Positions 28,519 to 38,192 of a stretch of DNA of 64,000 bases are shown here, piece after piece. The position numbers were made by a program, and so were the translations under genes. A model generated the notes under the pieces. The model saw only the letters and a list, made by a program, of their open reading frames with translations. It was not told the origin of the DNA and made no database searches. The stretch is from a bacterium (GTDB lineage: Bacteria > Margulisbacteria > WOR-1 > O2-12-FULL-45-9 > XYB2-FULL-48-7), in the NCBI GenBank assembly GCA_043812655.1, contig JBDRLW010000044.1:59534-123533 (forward strand), read 5' to 3'. Position 1 is the first letter of the stretch; the number at the start of each line of letters is the position of its first letter.

Positions 28519-28994
28519 TACTTGTTCAAATCCTTGACCGCTTTCAAGATGTCGTCTTTGCTCATCCCGCCTTCGCTTTTGGCTCTCGGTTTTCCGTGTT
28601 TATCATAAAAAAGAATGGTCGGAATGACCCGGACTCCCGCCTGTCTGGCCAATTCGCGGTTTTCGTAGACGTCCAGGATTAAAAAGATGGCCCTCCCATC
28701 TTGTTCGACCGCCAATTCCTTGATCACCGGGTTCATCATCCGGCAGGGAATGCATTTGTCGGAACCGAGTTTGACCATCACCGGCACACCGGCTTTCAGC
28801 GCTTCTTCTAAGGACTTTATATCCTTTGTGGATTTAACCTTTTTCTTTGCCGCCATCATTCCAGCCGGCTTCTTAACCACCACGTTTGACAGGGCAAAAG
28901 CGTGGTCCTCTTTATCGGGAATAGTCCCAATAATAAACAAAATAGTAAGTAGGACAATGATTCTTAAAGCTACATAATTATAATTCTTTTTCAT
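28518..28994 (-). CDS. Exported thioredoxin-family protein
   Basis: N-terminal TM, CIPC, VIPT. Confidence 0.85.
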   Translation of the reverse strand: MKKNYNYVALRIIVLLTILFIIGTIPDKEDHAFALSNVVVKKPAGMMAAKKKVKSTKDIKSLEEALKAGVPVMVKLGSDKCIPCRMMNPVIKELAVEQDGRAIFLILDVYENRELARQAGVRVIPTILFYDKHGKPRAKSEGGMSKDDILKAVKDLNK

Positions 28995-29314
28995 GTTTTA
29001 CTCCTTCCTATGGCCTGTTTGATCCGCGACAAGAAAAAATCCAGTCCTTTATTATTGATCTTATAAAAGATGAATTTACCTTTGCGAAAACTAGTCAATA
29101 GGCCAACACTTTTTAACGCCTTGAGATGATGAGATGCCAGATTGTGGGGGACATCAAGCGCCGCGACGATCTCGCAAACGCAGCGCTCCTTTTTTTTAAG
29201 AAAGCAGATGATCTTCAAGCGATTGGCTTCCGCGATCGTTTTAAGCAATTCCAGCAGGTCGGAATAATCGTAATTAACACACTTACATTTCATCTTATTT
29301 ACCGTGCAGCCCAT
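28991..29314 (-). CDS. arsR: ArsR/SmtB family repressor
   Basis: RLKII, CVCEI, SHHLKAL. Confidence 0.88.
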   Translation of the reverse strand: MGCTVNKMKCKCVNYDYSDLLELLKTIAEANRLKIICFLKKKERCVCEIVAALDVPHNLASHHLKALKSVGLLTSFRKGKFIFYKINNKGLDFFLSRIKQAIGRSKT

Positions 29315-30264
29315 TAAAATATCATATTAAACAAATAGCCGATAATGATGATCCCGGCGGCTACCGTTCCAAAATAAGTCAAAAGCAGCCGCGGCTTTAA
29401 CACTTTGCGCAAGATTATAAATTCCGGCAAGGAAAGAGCAGTTACCGCCATCATGAAAGCGAGCGTCGTCCCCAAGGCCAGCCCCTTGCTGAACAAAGCT
29501 TGCACGACCGGGATCGTACCGGCGGCATTGGAATAAAGCGGCACGCCGATAATGACCGCCATGATCACGGCGAACGGATTGCCGTTCCCCGCGTATTTAG
29601 TGACAAATTCAACCGGGACATAACCGTGGATAAAAGCGCCTAGTCCTACGCCAAGCAGAACATAAAACCAGACCTGCGAGAATATTTCCCGCACGTATTC
29701 AACCGCGTAAGATAACCGGTCGTTCCAGTTGAGTTCTTGTTCGTTGGCCGCCGGTGCCGCCTTAACCTTAAAAACAAATTCTTCAACATACTTTTCCATT
29801 TTTAGCCGGCCGATAATAAAACCGCTGACGATCGCGATCAACATGCCGCTCAAAATATAAATAACGGCCACTTGCCAGCCAAACAATCCCCAGAGCAGGA
29901 CGAGCGCGACCTCATTAATGGTCGGGGAAGAGACAAGAAAAGACATGGTTACGCCCAGCGGGACGCCCGACTCGAGCATTCCGATAAAGAGCGGGATAGC
30001 GGAGCAGGTGCAAAAAGGAGTAAATATCCCTAAAACTGCCGCCAGCACATTGCCGGTAAACTCATTTTTATGGCTTAACATCTTCCTGATCCGCTCCGGC
30101 GGCAAGTAGGTACGGATGAGAGCGACAAAAAAGACGATGACTACCAGTAGAAAGTATATTTTTGGAACATCGTACAAAAAGAAATTAAGGCTATCCGCCA
30201 GGTGGTCGCCCGGCGTCAGGCGAAGCAGCTTATAAGTTATTAAATCGGCAAACCATTTGAACAT
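29314..30264 (-). CDS. arsP: ArsP (DUF318) permease
   Basis: TPFCTCSAIP, SSPTINE, GVPLYSN, ALSLPE. Confidence 0.88.
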   Translation of the reverse strand: MFKWFADLITYKLLRLTPGDHLADSLNFFLYDVPKIYFLLVVIVFFVALIRTYLPPERIRKMLSHKNEFTGNVLAAVLGIFTPFCTCSAIPLFIGMLESGVPLGVTMSFLVSSPTINEVALVLLWGLFGWQVAVIYILSGMLIAIVSGFIIGRLKMEKYVEEFVFKVKAAPAANEQELNWNDRLSYAVEYVREIFSQVWFYVLLGVGLGAFIHGYVPVEFVTKYAGNGNPFAVIMAVIIGVPLYSNAAGTIPVVQALFSKGLALGTTLAFMMAVTALSLPEFIILRKVLKPRLLLTYFGTVAAGIIIIGYLFNMIF

Positions 30265-30291
30265 ATCATTTCAACCTCCGTTGAGATGATA
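30264..30291. promoter_or_regulatory. Probable ArsR operator, inverted repeat enclosing the arsP RBS
   Basis: TATCATTTCAAC-CTCC-GTTGAGATGATA, 11/12 match. Confidence 0.6.
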
Positions 30292-30325
30292 ACAAAGATG
30301 ATTTGCCCTGTCAAACGACTTAATT

Positions 30326-30527
30326 GCAACTATTTATTTCTCTGCAAATACTAACACTACAGCCCTCATCCGCCGGCGCTAAAAACTCCCCCTTCTCCCA
30401 AAGGGAGAAGGTAACACAGCTAGGTTAGACCTGCAAATTACCCTCTCCTCCTGGGAGAGGGGGAAATGTTAAGCGCTGACCGGGTGAGGGCGATAAAGAT
30501 TTCACTTCCATAACTCTAAATAGTTAC
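30326..30527. mobile_element. MITE-like non-autonomous element (202 bp)
   Basis: Terminal inverted repeats GCAACTATTTA / TAAATAGTTAC (10/11), 8-bp direct repeat ACTTAATT at 30318-30325 and 30528-30535, internal GC-rich hairpins. Confidence 0.7.
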
Positions 30528-30553
30528 ACTTAATTCCTAGACCGACCGTTTCA

Positions 30554-30865
30554 TCATGGCTTGAATTTGTAGCCGACGCCGCGCAAGGCCCTAATGTATT
30601 TGCCCGCTGACCTCATTTTGCTCCGCAGCCTCCTGATATGGACATCGACCGTCCGGGTTTTAAGCGGGACTGCCACGCCCCAAACCGCAGCCATAATTTT
30701 TTCGCGATTAAAGACATAGCCGGCGTTCCTGGCCAGGAAAACAAGGAGCTCATATTCCTTCCTGGCCAGTTTTAATTCTCTGCCGTTAATGACCGCCTCA
30801 TACCGATCAAGGTCGATCTTTAGGTTATTGGCAATAATGACGTTAGACTGGTTTTTCTCCGCCAT
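30554..30865 (-). CDS. Stand-alone OmpR/PhoB-type winged-helix domain protein (no receiver)
   Basis: KEYELL.FL, VWG, TRTVDVHIRRLR, RGVGY. Confidence 0.85.
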   Translation of the reverse strand: MAEKNQSNVIIANNLKIDLDRYEAVINGRELKLARKEYELLVFLARNAGYVFNREKIMAAVWGVAVPLKTRTVDVHIRRLRSKMRSAGKYIRALRGVGYKFKP

Positions 30866-31514
30866 GTTTGACTACTTTTCCTTCGACCATATAGACGACA
30901 TCTTCAGCAATGTTCGTCGCATGATCTGAGATCCGCTCCAAATGCCGTGAAACCAAAAGAAGTGGGATTCCCCGTGAGATGGCCGTAGCGTCTTTACTCA
31001 TGATCCCCAGTAATTCGTCGTGGACCAAATCGCGCAAGTGGTCAACTTCTTTTTCGATCTCCCAGATCGCCCGGGCCTTCCTGACATCATCTTTAACAAA
31101 AGCCTCAAGTGAAAAGATAACCGCCTGCTGCGCCAGGGCGGCCATGCGAGGAATGTCGATCAACGGTTTTAATAACGGCTGTTCCGCTAGCTCGATCGCC
31201 CGCTCGGCGATGTCTTCGGCTAAATCCCCGATCCTTTCTAAGTCGGTCGCAATCCGCAATCCGGTCATGATCGTCCGCAGGTCAACCGCTTTCGGTTGGC
31301 GAATGGCGATTAAATTAATACTCCGGTCATCAATTTCCAGCTCCATCTGGTCAACCAGCACATCATCTTTGATGACGCTTTTAGCTAGGTTCTTATCCCT
31401 TTCTTTTATCGCCCTGACCGACCGCTCGATCAGCCCTTGGACTAGATTCCCCATCTTTAAAATAGCTCTTTTTAATTCTGCCAGCTCCTGGTCAAACAGT
31501 ATCTGATGTTCCAT
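30843..31514 (-). CDS. phoU: PhoU (copy 2)
   Basis: QPKAVDLR, DLERIGD, LERISDHATNIAE; start MEHQ after GGAGG. Confidence 0.94.
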   Translation of the reverse strand: MEHQILFDQELAELKRAILKMGNLVQGLIERSVRAIKERDKNLAKSVIKDDVLVDQMELEIDDRSINLIAIRQPKAVDLRTIMTGLRIATDLERIGDLAEDIAERAIELAEQPLLKPLIDIPRMAALAQQAVIFSLEAFVKDDVRKARAIWEIEKEVDHLRDLVHDELLGIMSKDATAISRGIPLLLVSRHLERISDHATNIAEDVVYMVEGKVVKHGGEKPV

Positions 31515-31515
31515 A

Positions 31516-32274
31516 TTAACCAAACCTCCCTGTAACATAACCTTCGGTCCGTTTATCGGCCGGCGCGGTAAAGATCTTCGTCGTAACATCAAACTCGACC
31601 AGTTCGCCCAGCAAGAAAAAGCCGGTAAAATCAGCAACCCGCGCCGCTTGCTGCATATTGTGGGTGACAATGACGATCGTGTAATTTTTCTTTAGCTCGT
31701 GGATCAACTCTTCGATCTTGCCGGTCGAGATCGGGTCAAGCGCCGAACACGGCTCATCAAGCAAAATCACTTCCGGTTTGACCGCCAGCGTCCGGGCAAT
31801 GCAAAGCCGCTGCTGCTGCCCGCCCGATAAACTGATCCCCGGTTTAGTCAAGCAATCTTTAACTTCTTCCCACAGCGCCGCTTGCTTCAAGCTTTTTTCA
31901 ACTATTTCGTCTAATTGTCCCTTTATTTTTAAGCCGTTCAGCTTGATCCCGGCTACAACATTGTCATAGATCGACATCGTCGGGAACGGCGTCGGCTTCT
32001 GGAAAACCATGCCGACCTGCCGCCGCACCAGAACCGGGTCAACCCCAGGGTCATAAATATTTTTATCATCAAGCAGTACATCGCCAGCCGCGCTTGCTCC
32101 CGCTACCGTTTCATGCATCCTATTAAGGCAGCGGATAAAGGTCGATTTGCCGCAGCCCGACGGGCCGATGATCGCCGTCGCCTGTTTTTCCTGGGCGTAC
32201 ATATTGATCGACTTTAGCGCCTGCTTCTCGTCAAACCAGGCGTTTAAATTTTTAACTTCGATTTTTTTACGCAT
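31516..32274 (-). CDS. pstB: Phosphate ABC ATPase PstB (canonical)
   Basis: [24 protein letters not shown]. Confidence 0.95.
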   Translation of the reverse strand: MRKKIEVKNLNAWFDEKQALKSINMYAQEKQATAIIGPSGCGKSTFIRCLNRMHETVAGASAAGDVLLDDKNIYDPGVDPVLVRRQVGMVFQKPTPFPTMSIYDNVVAGIKLNGLKIKGQLDEIVEKSLKQAALWEEVKDCLTKPGISLSGGQQQRLCIARTLAVKPEVILLDEPCSALDPISTGKIEELIHELKKNYTIVIVTHNMQQAARVADFTGFFLLGELVEFDVTTKIFTAPADKRTEGYVTGRFG

Positions 32275-33121
32275 AAACCACCCTCTTGGAATATTTTCTG
32301 ACTATGATCGTCACTATCAGAACAAAGCCGACCAGCGCCAGCGACCCCGCCCAAGCCATCCGGTTCCAATCGTCAAATGGCGAGATCGCGTAATTATAAA
32401 TTTGCACGGTCATCGACGCCATCGGCTGGTCAAGCCGCAAGTTCCAGTACATATTATTAAAGGCAGTAAAAAGTAGCGGGGCTGTTTCCCCTGCCGCCCG
32501 GGCCACCGCCAGCATGACACCGGTAAATATTCCGCTCCAGGCCGTCCGCAAAACAATAAAGATCATCACTTTCCATTCTGGCACCCCCAGCGCCAAGGCT
32601 GATTCTTTAAGGGTCCGCGGCACCATTTTCACCATCTCTTCCGTCGTTTTCGTAATATAGGGGATCATGACCAGCGATAGGGCAAAGCCGCCGGCCAGCG
32701 CCGAAAAGCGGTGCATCGGCAAAACAAACAAAATATAGGCGAACATCCCAAAGATGATCGTCGGAAAACCGGACATGACATCAACGGTGTAGCGAATTAA
32801 GAAACCCCGCTTCCCTTTCCCCCATTCGGCCAGCCAGAGGCCGCCAAAGATCCCGATCGGCAAGCTAATTAAGCTCGCCAAGCCAACAATCAGCGCCGTC
32901 CCAACCATGGCATTAGCCATCCCACCACCTGTTTCACCAACTGGCGCGGGCAGTTGCGTAAAAAAATTCCAGTTGATCGCCGAAGCCCCGCGAAATAAAA
33001 CATAAATTATTAAAAGCAATAAAGGCAAGACCGCCAGCGCCGCTGCCCAGCAGACAAAAGCGATAAATATTTTTTCTTTCAGCTTTCTTATTGAATACGA
33101 CTTTGGCTGGCCATTTTCCAT
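32267..33121 (-). CDS. pstA: PstA (copy 2)
   Basis: [13 protein letters not shown]. Confidence 0.93.
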   Translation of the reverse strand: MENGQPKSYSIRKLKEKIFIAFVCWAAALAVLPLLLLIIYVLFRGASAINWNFFTQLPAPVGETGGGMANAMVGTALIVGLASLISLPIGIFGGLWLAEWGKGKRGFLIRYTVDVMSGFPTIIFGMFAYILFVLPMHRFSALAGGFALSLVMIPYITKTTEEMVKMVPRTLKESALALGVPEWKVMIFIVLRTAWSGIFTGVMLAVARAAGETAPLLFTAFNNMYWNLRLDQPMASMTVQIYNYAISPFDDWNRMAWAGSLALVGFVLIVTIIVRKYSKRVVYA

Positions 33122-33939
33122 ACTAATATCCTCGCGAGACCATTGACTAAGACCGTAATAAATAACAGGATCAAACCGATCTCGACAATGACCGAAAAAT
33201 TTAAGTCGGAAACCGCTTCGGCAAATTCATTGGCAATCACCGCCGACAGCGAATATCCTGGCGCCATTAGGTTAAAGTTGATTTCCGGCCGGTTGCCAAT
33301 GACCATCGTGACCGCCATCGTTTCGCCGATCGCCCGCCCTAAACCTAAAATGATCGAGCCGATGATCCCCGACATCGCGGGCGGCAGGACGGCTAATCGG
33401 ATCGTCTCCCACCTGGTCGCGCCCAGAGCTTTGGCCGCTTCGCGCAAATTATTAGGCACGGCTTGCAAAACTTCCCGCGATACCGCCGTCACCGTCGGCA
33501 AGATCATGATCGCGAGCAGGACGCCGGCGGTCATCATGCTTAAGCCAAAGATCGGGCCCAAAACAAAAATCCCCCACAACCCATAGACAACTGAAGGGAT
33601 CGCCGCCAGCATATCAACCATAGTAGCGATCCATTCCTTGTATTTTGAGTTAGAGATTTCCGCGAGGAAGATAGCGCACCCTAAACCAAGCGGCACCACA
33701 ATTATTAAAGCTAAAAGCGAAGAAACAATCGTCCCGTAAATAAATGGCAGAGCACCATAATGGCCTTTAACCGGGTCCCAAGCGGAGCTAAAGATAAAAC
33801 CAAGCCCAAACTCCGCCAAAGAGAGCCGCGACTGCCAGAGCAGCATCAAAAAAATGCCTAAAAAGAGCAAGGGGATGCTGGCGGCGAAGAGCCAAGTTAT
33901 CGCCTTAAAAGCCGCATCCCCTCTATTACTCTTTATCAT
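33088..33939 (-). CDS. pstC: PstC (copy 2)
   Basis: LAAIPSVVYGLWG, GRAIGETMAV, IANEF. Confidence 0.93.
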   Translation of the reverse strand: MIKSNRGDAAFKAITWLFAASIPLLFLGIFLMLLWQSRLSLAEFGLGFIFSSAWDPVKGHYGALPFIYGTIVSSLLALIIVVPLGLGCAIFLAEISNSKYKEWIATMVDMLAAIPSVVYGLWGIFVLGPIFGLSMMTAGVLLAIMILPTVTAVSREVLQAVPNNLREAAKALGATRWETIRLAVLPPAMSGIIGSIILGLGRAIGETMAVTMVIGNRPEINFNLMAPGYSLSAVIANEFAEAVSDLNFSVIVEIGLILLFITVLVNGLARILVWKMASQSRIQ

Positions 33940-33942
33940 CCA

Positions 33943-34947
33943 TTAGTTTCCAATTGAAGCGATCGTTTTTAAAACCTTAGCCCGCAAGCCTGCCGGCAGC
34001 GGGGCGTAATACAGGTCTTGGGCGTATTTTTGCCCGGAGGTTAAGCACCACTCCAGCATATTTTTTAGCGCTTCAGCCTTCTCGCTATTAGCCGTATTTT
34101 TATGGACCAGGATCCAAGTTAACCCGCAGATCGGATAAGCCTTGGCTCCTTTTTGGTTGAGGAGTTCGGCCCGATAATCGGCCGGAATTTTTGACAGGCC
34201 ACCAGCCATCGCCAAAGTCGTCCCATCGATCGAGGGAGAGATAAAGTTCCCCGAACGGTTCTTAATGCTGGCAGTCGGGAAATTATTGGTTTCCGCATAA
34301 GCTAGCTCAACATAACCGATCGCGCCAGAATTATTTTTGACCGCGCCGGCAACGCCGGGATTGCCTTTGCCGCCAACCCCAACGGGCCAGGCCACTGATT
34401 TACCAGCGCCAACTTTGGCCGCCCAAGTAGGGCTGACTTTCGCTAAATAATGGGTAAATATATCTGATGTCCCGCTGCTGTCGGAGCGATAAGCGACCAA
34501 GATCTTTTTATCAGGCAGGGTCACTCCAGGATTAAGGGCCGCGATCTTATCATCATTCCACCGAGTGGTCTCACCCAAGTAGATAGAAGCTAATGTCGGG
34601 CCATCTAATTTTAAACCTTCGAACCCAGCGTTATAAACGACCGCCACCGCGCCAGCAACTGTCGGGATATGGAGGACGTCCCCACCGGCATCGGCAATTT
34701 CTTTATCGCTCATCGGCGCGTCAGAAGCGCCAAAGTCGACAACTCCGGCCATAAATTGGCGGATCCCGCCGCCCGAACCGATCGGCGCGTAATTAACCTG
34801 GCTCCCTTTCTCCTTCTTATACTGCGCGAACCACTTCGAATAGATCGGGTATGGGAAAGTCGCCCCCGCCCCATTCAGGTCAACGGCTAAGGCCGCGCCA
34901 GCCAACAAAGCTAAACTTAACCCAAGAACTGTTATTTTCCTTAACAT
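33943..34947 (-). CDS. pstS: Periplasmic phosphate-binding protein PstS (E. coli type)
   Basis: GAGATFPYP, GSGGG, DFGASD, RSDSSGT. Confidence 0.95.
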   Translation of the reverse strand: MLRKITVLGLSLALLAGAALAVDLNGAGATFPYPIYSKWFAQYKKEKGSQVNYAPIGSGGGIRQFMAGVVDFGASDAPMSDKEIADAGGDVLHIPTVAGAVAVVYNAGFEGLKLDGPTLASIYLGETTRWNDDKIAALNPGVTLPDKKILVAYRSDSSGTSDIFTHYLAKVSPTWAAKVGAGKSVAWPVGVGGKGNPGVAGAVKNNSGAIGYVELAYAETNNFPTASIKNRSGNFISPSIDGTTLAMAGGLSKIPADYRAELLNQKGAKAYPICGLTWILVHKNTANSEKAEALKNMLEWCLTSGQKYAQDLYYAPLPAGLRAKVLKTIASIGN

Positions 34948-34964
34948 ATTTTTGTTCCTCCTTA

Positions 34965-36242
34965 TTAGAATGAAATCTGGGAATGGAGATAGAAGATGCT
35001 TGTCGTGGCGCCGCTGCCGGTCTGTGAAGTCTGCATATCGGCCGCCAGTTTAACATCTTTGCCCCAATCGTATGTCACGCCATAGAAAGTTTTATTCTTT
35101 TCATCATTGGCTCTGGATGTATTAGGATCATAGTTGTCCAGCCTGGCAAACACTTTGTAACGCTCAAGGCCAGCCATAACTGACGAAAGATTTAGGACGC
35201 CACCAAGGCTGTACCCATTGATTTTTTTGCTGCTCTTTGAGCCAGTGATGTATTCAAATTTGGCCGTCCCCAAATCGTGTCTGTAAATCAGCTCCAGCGC
35301 CGCTTGCTTATTAGAGCCGCCTAGATCAAACGATGTATTTAAACTTTCAACATTAAGCATGGCGCCAACTATCACCTTACCATTCTCGCCAGCATCGTAA
35401 GCAACACTGTTTACCCGCATGGCCAGAGCTTTCTCGCTGTCGCTTTCATTGGTCGAGTAACCGCTGCCATTTAGAACGGTCGCGTGATATTCGACAGCTG
35501 GCAAGCCGGCCAGCGAAACCTTGCCGATCGCGCCAACACCAAAATCAGACGAGCTCATCACGCCCTCATTATCGAGTAAACTTTTGGCGATCCAACGCAG
35601 GCCGAGCGCTTTGTCTGCCCAGTCGATCCAAACAGTATGCTGTAAACCGGCTTTTGCCGTCATCTCCCAAGGGACAACTTGCAGGCCGGAAACATTAAGG
35701 GGCATTTCCACATAAGCATATTTCAAATAATCAAATAAGGTTTGTTTGGCCGCGCCGTTGATCCGGGAAATGTCCAGCGTCACCCGGGAAGAAGCTCCCC
35801 AATCAAGCTTCTTCTTAATATCAATGTACGCCCGGTCAACATCAAAGTTGTTCGGGGTTGTCGCCGTACCATTTTGGGTATACTTTTGCCAGCGGAAAAA
35901 GACTACCCCACCGATCTTGGCATCGCCGTTGTCTTTTTTAACCTTGTCAATTTGGCTCTTCAACTCGGTTAAAGCCTTATTCGTTTCATCTTTTAGGTCC
36001 GCGATCTTATCATTATCCTCTGAAGAACTGCCAGCAATTGTATTCAAACGCACCTTAGTTTGATCGATCAATTGCTTTAACTTCAGGATCCTTTTACTAT
36101 CCTGCGCTTTTTGGGCCGTAGCCAACTTATTTTTCAATTGACCAAGATAGGCTTCGACCTTTTTTTGTTCGGACATTTGAGCCATTACCAGCTGGGCCAT
36201 CAGGGCAAGGAACAGGAACATTACCGTCGATCTTTTTACCAT
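34965..36242 (-). CDS. Putative phosphate-starvation outer-membrane porin with N-terminal coiled coil
   Basis: Signal peptide, coiled coil, FDVDRAYI, LKYAYV, terminal Phe; first gene of pst operon 2. Confidence 0.7.
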   Translation of the reverse strand: MVKRSTVMFLFLALMAQLVMAQMSEQKKVEAYLGQLKNKLATAQKAQDSKRILKLKQLIDQTKVRLNTIAGSSSEDNDKIADLKDETNKALTELKSQIDKVKKDNGDAKIGGVVFFRWQKYTQNGTATTPNNFDVDRAYIDIKKKLDWGASSRVTLDISRINGAAKQTLFDYLKYAYVEMPLNVSGLQVVPWEMTAKAGLQHTVWIDWADKALGLRWIAKSLLDNEGVMSSSDFGVGAIGKVSLAGLPAVEYHATVLNGSGYSTNESDSEKALAMRVNSVAYDAGENGKVIVGAMLNVESLNTSFDLGGSNKQAALELIYRHDLGTAKFEYITGSKSSKKINGYSLGGVLNLSSVMAGLERYKVFARLDNYDPNTSRANDEKNKTFYGVTYDWGKDVKLAADMQTSQTGSGATTSIFYLHSQISF

Positions 36243-36292
36243 TTTCGCACCTCCATAAATTTTCTATCCAAGCATTATTATGCCGGAGGCGT

Positions 36293-36330
36293 GTTAAATG
36301 GTAATGAAGCGATTGTAAAATGAAGGTAAA
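36293..36330 (-). promoter_or_regulatory. Pho box: four units at 11-bp period
   Basis: Minus-strand TTTAC, TTTAC, TTCAT, TTAAC; + strand starts 36326, 36315, 36304, 36293. Confidence 0.7.
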
Positions 36331-36332
36331 AT

Positions 36333-37343
36333 CTAAGGGCGGGGGAAGACCAGCGTGAACGTCGAGCCTTTGCCAACCTCGCTTTCGACCTCAACCTGGC
36401 CGCCGTGGAGGTTCATGACATGTTTGACGATCGCTAGGCCAAGCCCTGTTCCGCCTAGATCTCGGGACCTGCCTTTATCTACCCGGTAAAAGCGTTCAAA
36501 CAAACGAGGCAAATGTTCCGGCGCGATCCCTATTCCTGTATCGGTAATTATAATTTTTACTCTCCCGCCATCCTGCTCACACCTAACCCCTACCCTCCCG
36601 CCTTGGTCGGTGTAATTGATCGCGTTATCCAGCAGGTTTAAAAATGCCCGGTAGATATGATCTTCGATCCCGGAAACTAATACTTGGCCGCTCGGGCAGT
36701 TAGCTTCGATCACGATGTTTTTCTTTTTCGCTTTTTCAAATACTGTTTCCATGGCATGATGAAAAACCTTAACCAGGTCAACCTCGGCAAACGCCCCCAA
36801 TTCCCGCTTCGCTTCTAAGCTTGAGATCTCGAGCAGGTCGTCTATCAAAGCTGATAAATTAATGGCATGTTTTTCTATCTTTTTGACAAAATTCTCGTTA
36901 TGTTCCTTGTCTTTGATCGCTCCATTAAGAAGGGTTTCCGCGTAATTACGGATCGCCGTCAGCGGCGTTTTTAATTCATGGGAAACGTTGGCCACGAAAT
37001 CACGGCGGATCGTTTCCATCCTTTTCATCTCCGTAATATCCCTGACAACAATTGAAATTGCTCCATTCTCCGAACTAATCGGATCAGCCGAGGCAAAAAG
37101 CCATTTTTCTTCCGGATAAACTAACCGCATCTCTTTTTCAACGTGCGACCGGTTTTTCCTGGCTTCTTCTATTAGTTCCGTAAGCTCAACCAAGCGGCTA
37201 ACCTCAAGCGGCCTTTTACCAATGACTTCGTCAAGAGGCAGGGAAAAAATATTGGCAAGCGCTTCATTGGCGTAAATGATCTTTCTTTGGAGGTCAACAA
37301 CCATCACGCCGTCGCGCATAGCAGAAAGAACTTGCTCAAACAT
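36333..37343 (-). CDS. phoR: Sensor histidine kinase PhoR (PAS-HisKA-HATPase, no TM)
   Basis: DFVANVSHELKTPL, NLLDNA, FERFYRVD, GTGLGLAIVKH. Confidence 0.92.
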   Translation of the reverse strand: MFEQVLSAMRDGVMVVDLQRKIIYANEALANIFSLPLDEVIGKRPLEVSRLVELTELIEEARKNRSHVEKEMRLVYPEEKWLFASADPISSENGAISIVVRDITEMKRMETIRRDFVANVSHELKTPLTAIRNYAETLLNGAIKDKEHNENFVKKIEKHAINLSALIDDLLEISSLEAKRELGAFAEVDLVKVFHHAMETVFEKAKKKNIVIEANCPSGQVLVSGIEDHIYRAFLNLLDNAINYTDQGGRVGVRCEQDGGRVKIIITDTGIGIAPEHLPRLFERFYRVDKGRSRDLGGTGLGLAIVKHVMNLHGGQVEVESEVGKGSTFTLVFPRP

Positions 37344-38013
37344 ATTTATAACCGACTCCTCGCAAAGTCATGAGGTGCTTGCCGGCTTTGCCTAATTTTT
37401 CTCGCAATCGGCGCATATGGACATCAACGGTGCGGGTTTCGATCGCTACGTCGATCCCCCAAACGGTATCAAGGAGCCGTTCCCTAGAAAAAACTTTTCC
37501 CTGGTTCTGCGCTAGATAATAGAGCAATTGGAATTCTTTGGCCGTCAATTCTACTGGTTTGCCTAAAACTTTGACTTCATGCCGGTCAGAATCAATTTCG
37601 ATCTCGTTTATTTTTAATGTTGCCGGGCTTGCCTCTTTTTTTCCTTCGTAACGCCGCAGAATAGTCTTTGCCCGGGCAATTAATTCTTTCATGCTAAAGG
37701 GTTTAGTGATGTAATCATCCGCCCCTACTTCCAGTCCCACCACTTTATCGGTTTCGCTCCCTTTGGCGGTTAGCATAATGATCGGGATGTTCGCAGTTTT
37801 CGGGTTTTTCTTTAATCTCCGGCAAACCTCAAGCCCTTCAACACCTGGGATCATCAGGTCAAGCAAAACTAACGAGGGCAACCTGCTTTCGGCGATCTTT
37901 AACCCGTCATTGCCATCGTTTGCCTTTAAGATCTTGTAGCCCTCTTTTTTCAGGTTATATTCTAGGCTTTCGGCTATATCCTTCTCGTCTTCGATGATCA
38001 AGATGTCTGCCAT
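37336..38013 (-). CDS. phoB: Response regulator PhoB/PhoP
   Basis: IEDE, LDLM, GADDYITKPF, TRTVDVH; start likely second ATG (38013). Confidence 0.92.
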   Translation of the reverse strand: MADILIIEDEKDIAESLEYNLKKEGYKILKANDGNDGLKIAESRLPSLVLLDLMIPGVEGLEVCRRLKKNPKTANIPIIMLTAKGSETDKVVGLEVGADDYITKPFSMKELIARAKTILRRYEGKKEASPATLKINEIEIDSDRHEVKVLGKPVELTAKEFQLLYYLAQNQGKVFSRERLLDTVWGIDVAIETRTVDVHMRRLREKLGKAGKHLMTLRGVGYKYV

Positions 38014-38047
38014 ATCCATATTATACTCCTCTTAGTGCTTTAGATAA

Positions 38048-38147
38048 TAGTCTGTTAGTTGGATAGTCGGTTAGTTAGATAGTCTGTTAGTTTGTTAGAA
38101 AAAAACCTTTCCCCCTAACAAACCAACCAACTAACAGACTAACAAAC
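38048..38147. repeat. Degenerate CTAAC/CAAAC-based short tandem repeats in inverted arrangement
   Basis: TAGTCTGTTAGTT...GTTTGTTAG facing CTAACAAACCAACCAACTAACAGACTAACAAAC. Confidence 0.8.
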
Positions 38148-38192
38148 CCTTCCCCCCTTGTCTTCCGTCGTGAAAAACGATATAATATATAA

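Noticed and set aside
38048..38147. CRISPR array
   Set aside because: Units are 4-16 bp, degenerate and without unique spacers; no cas genes in the window.
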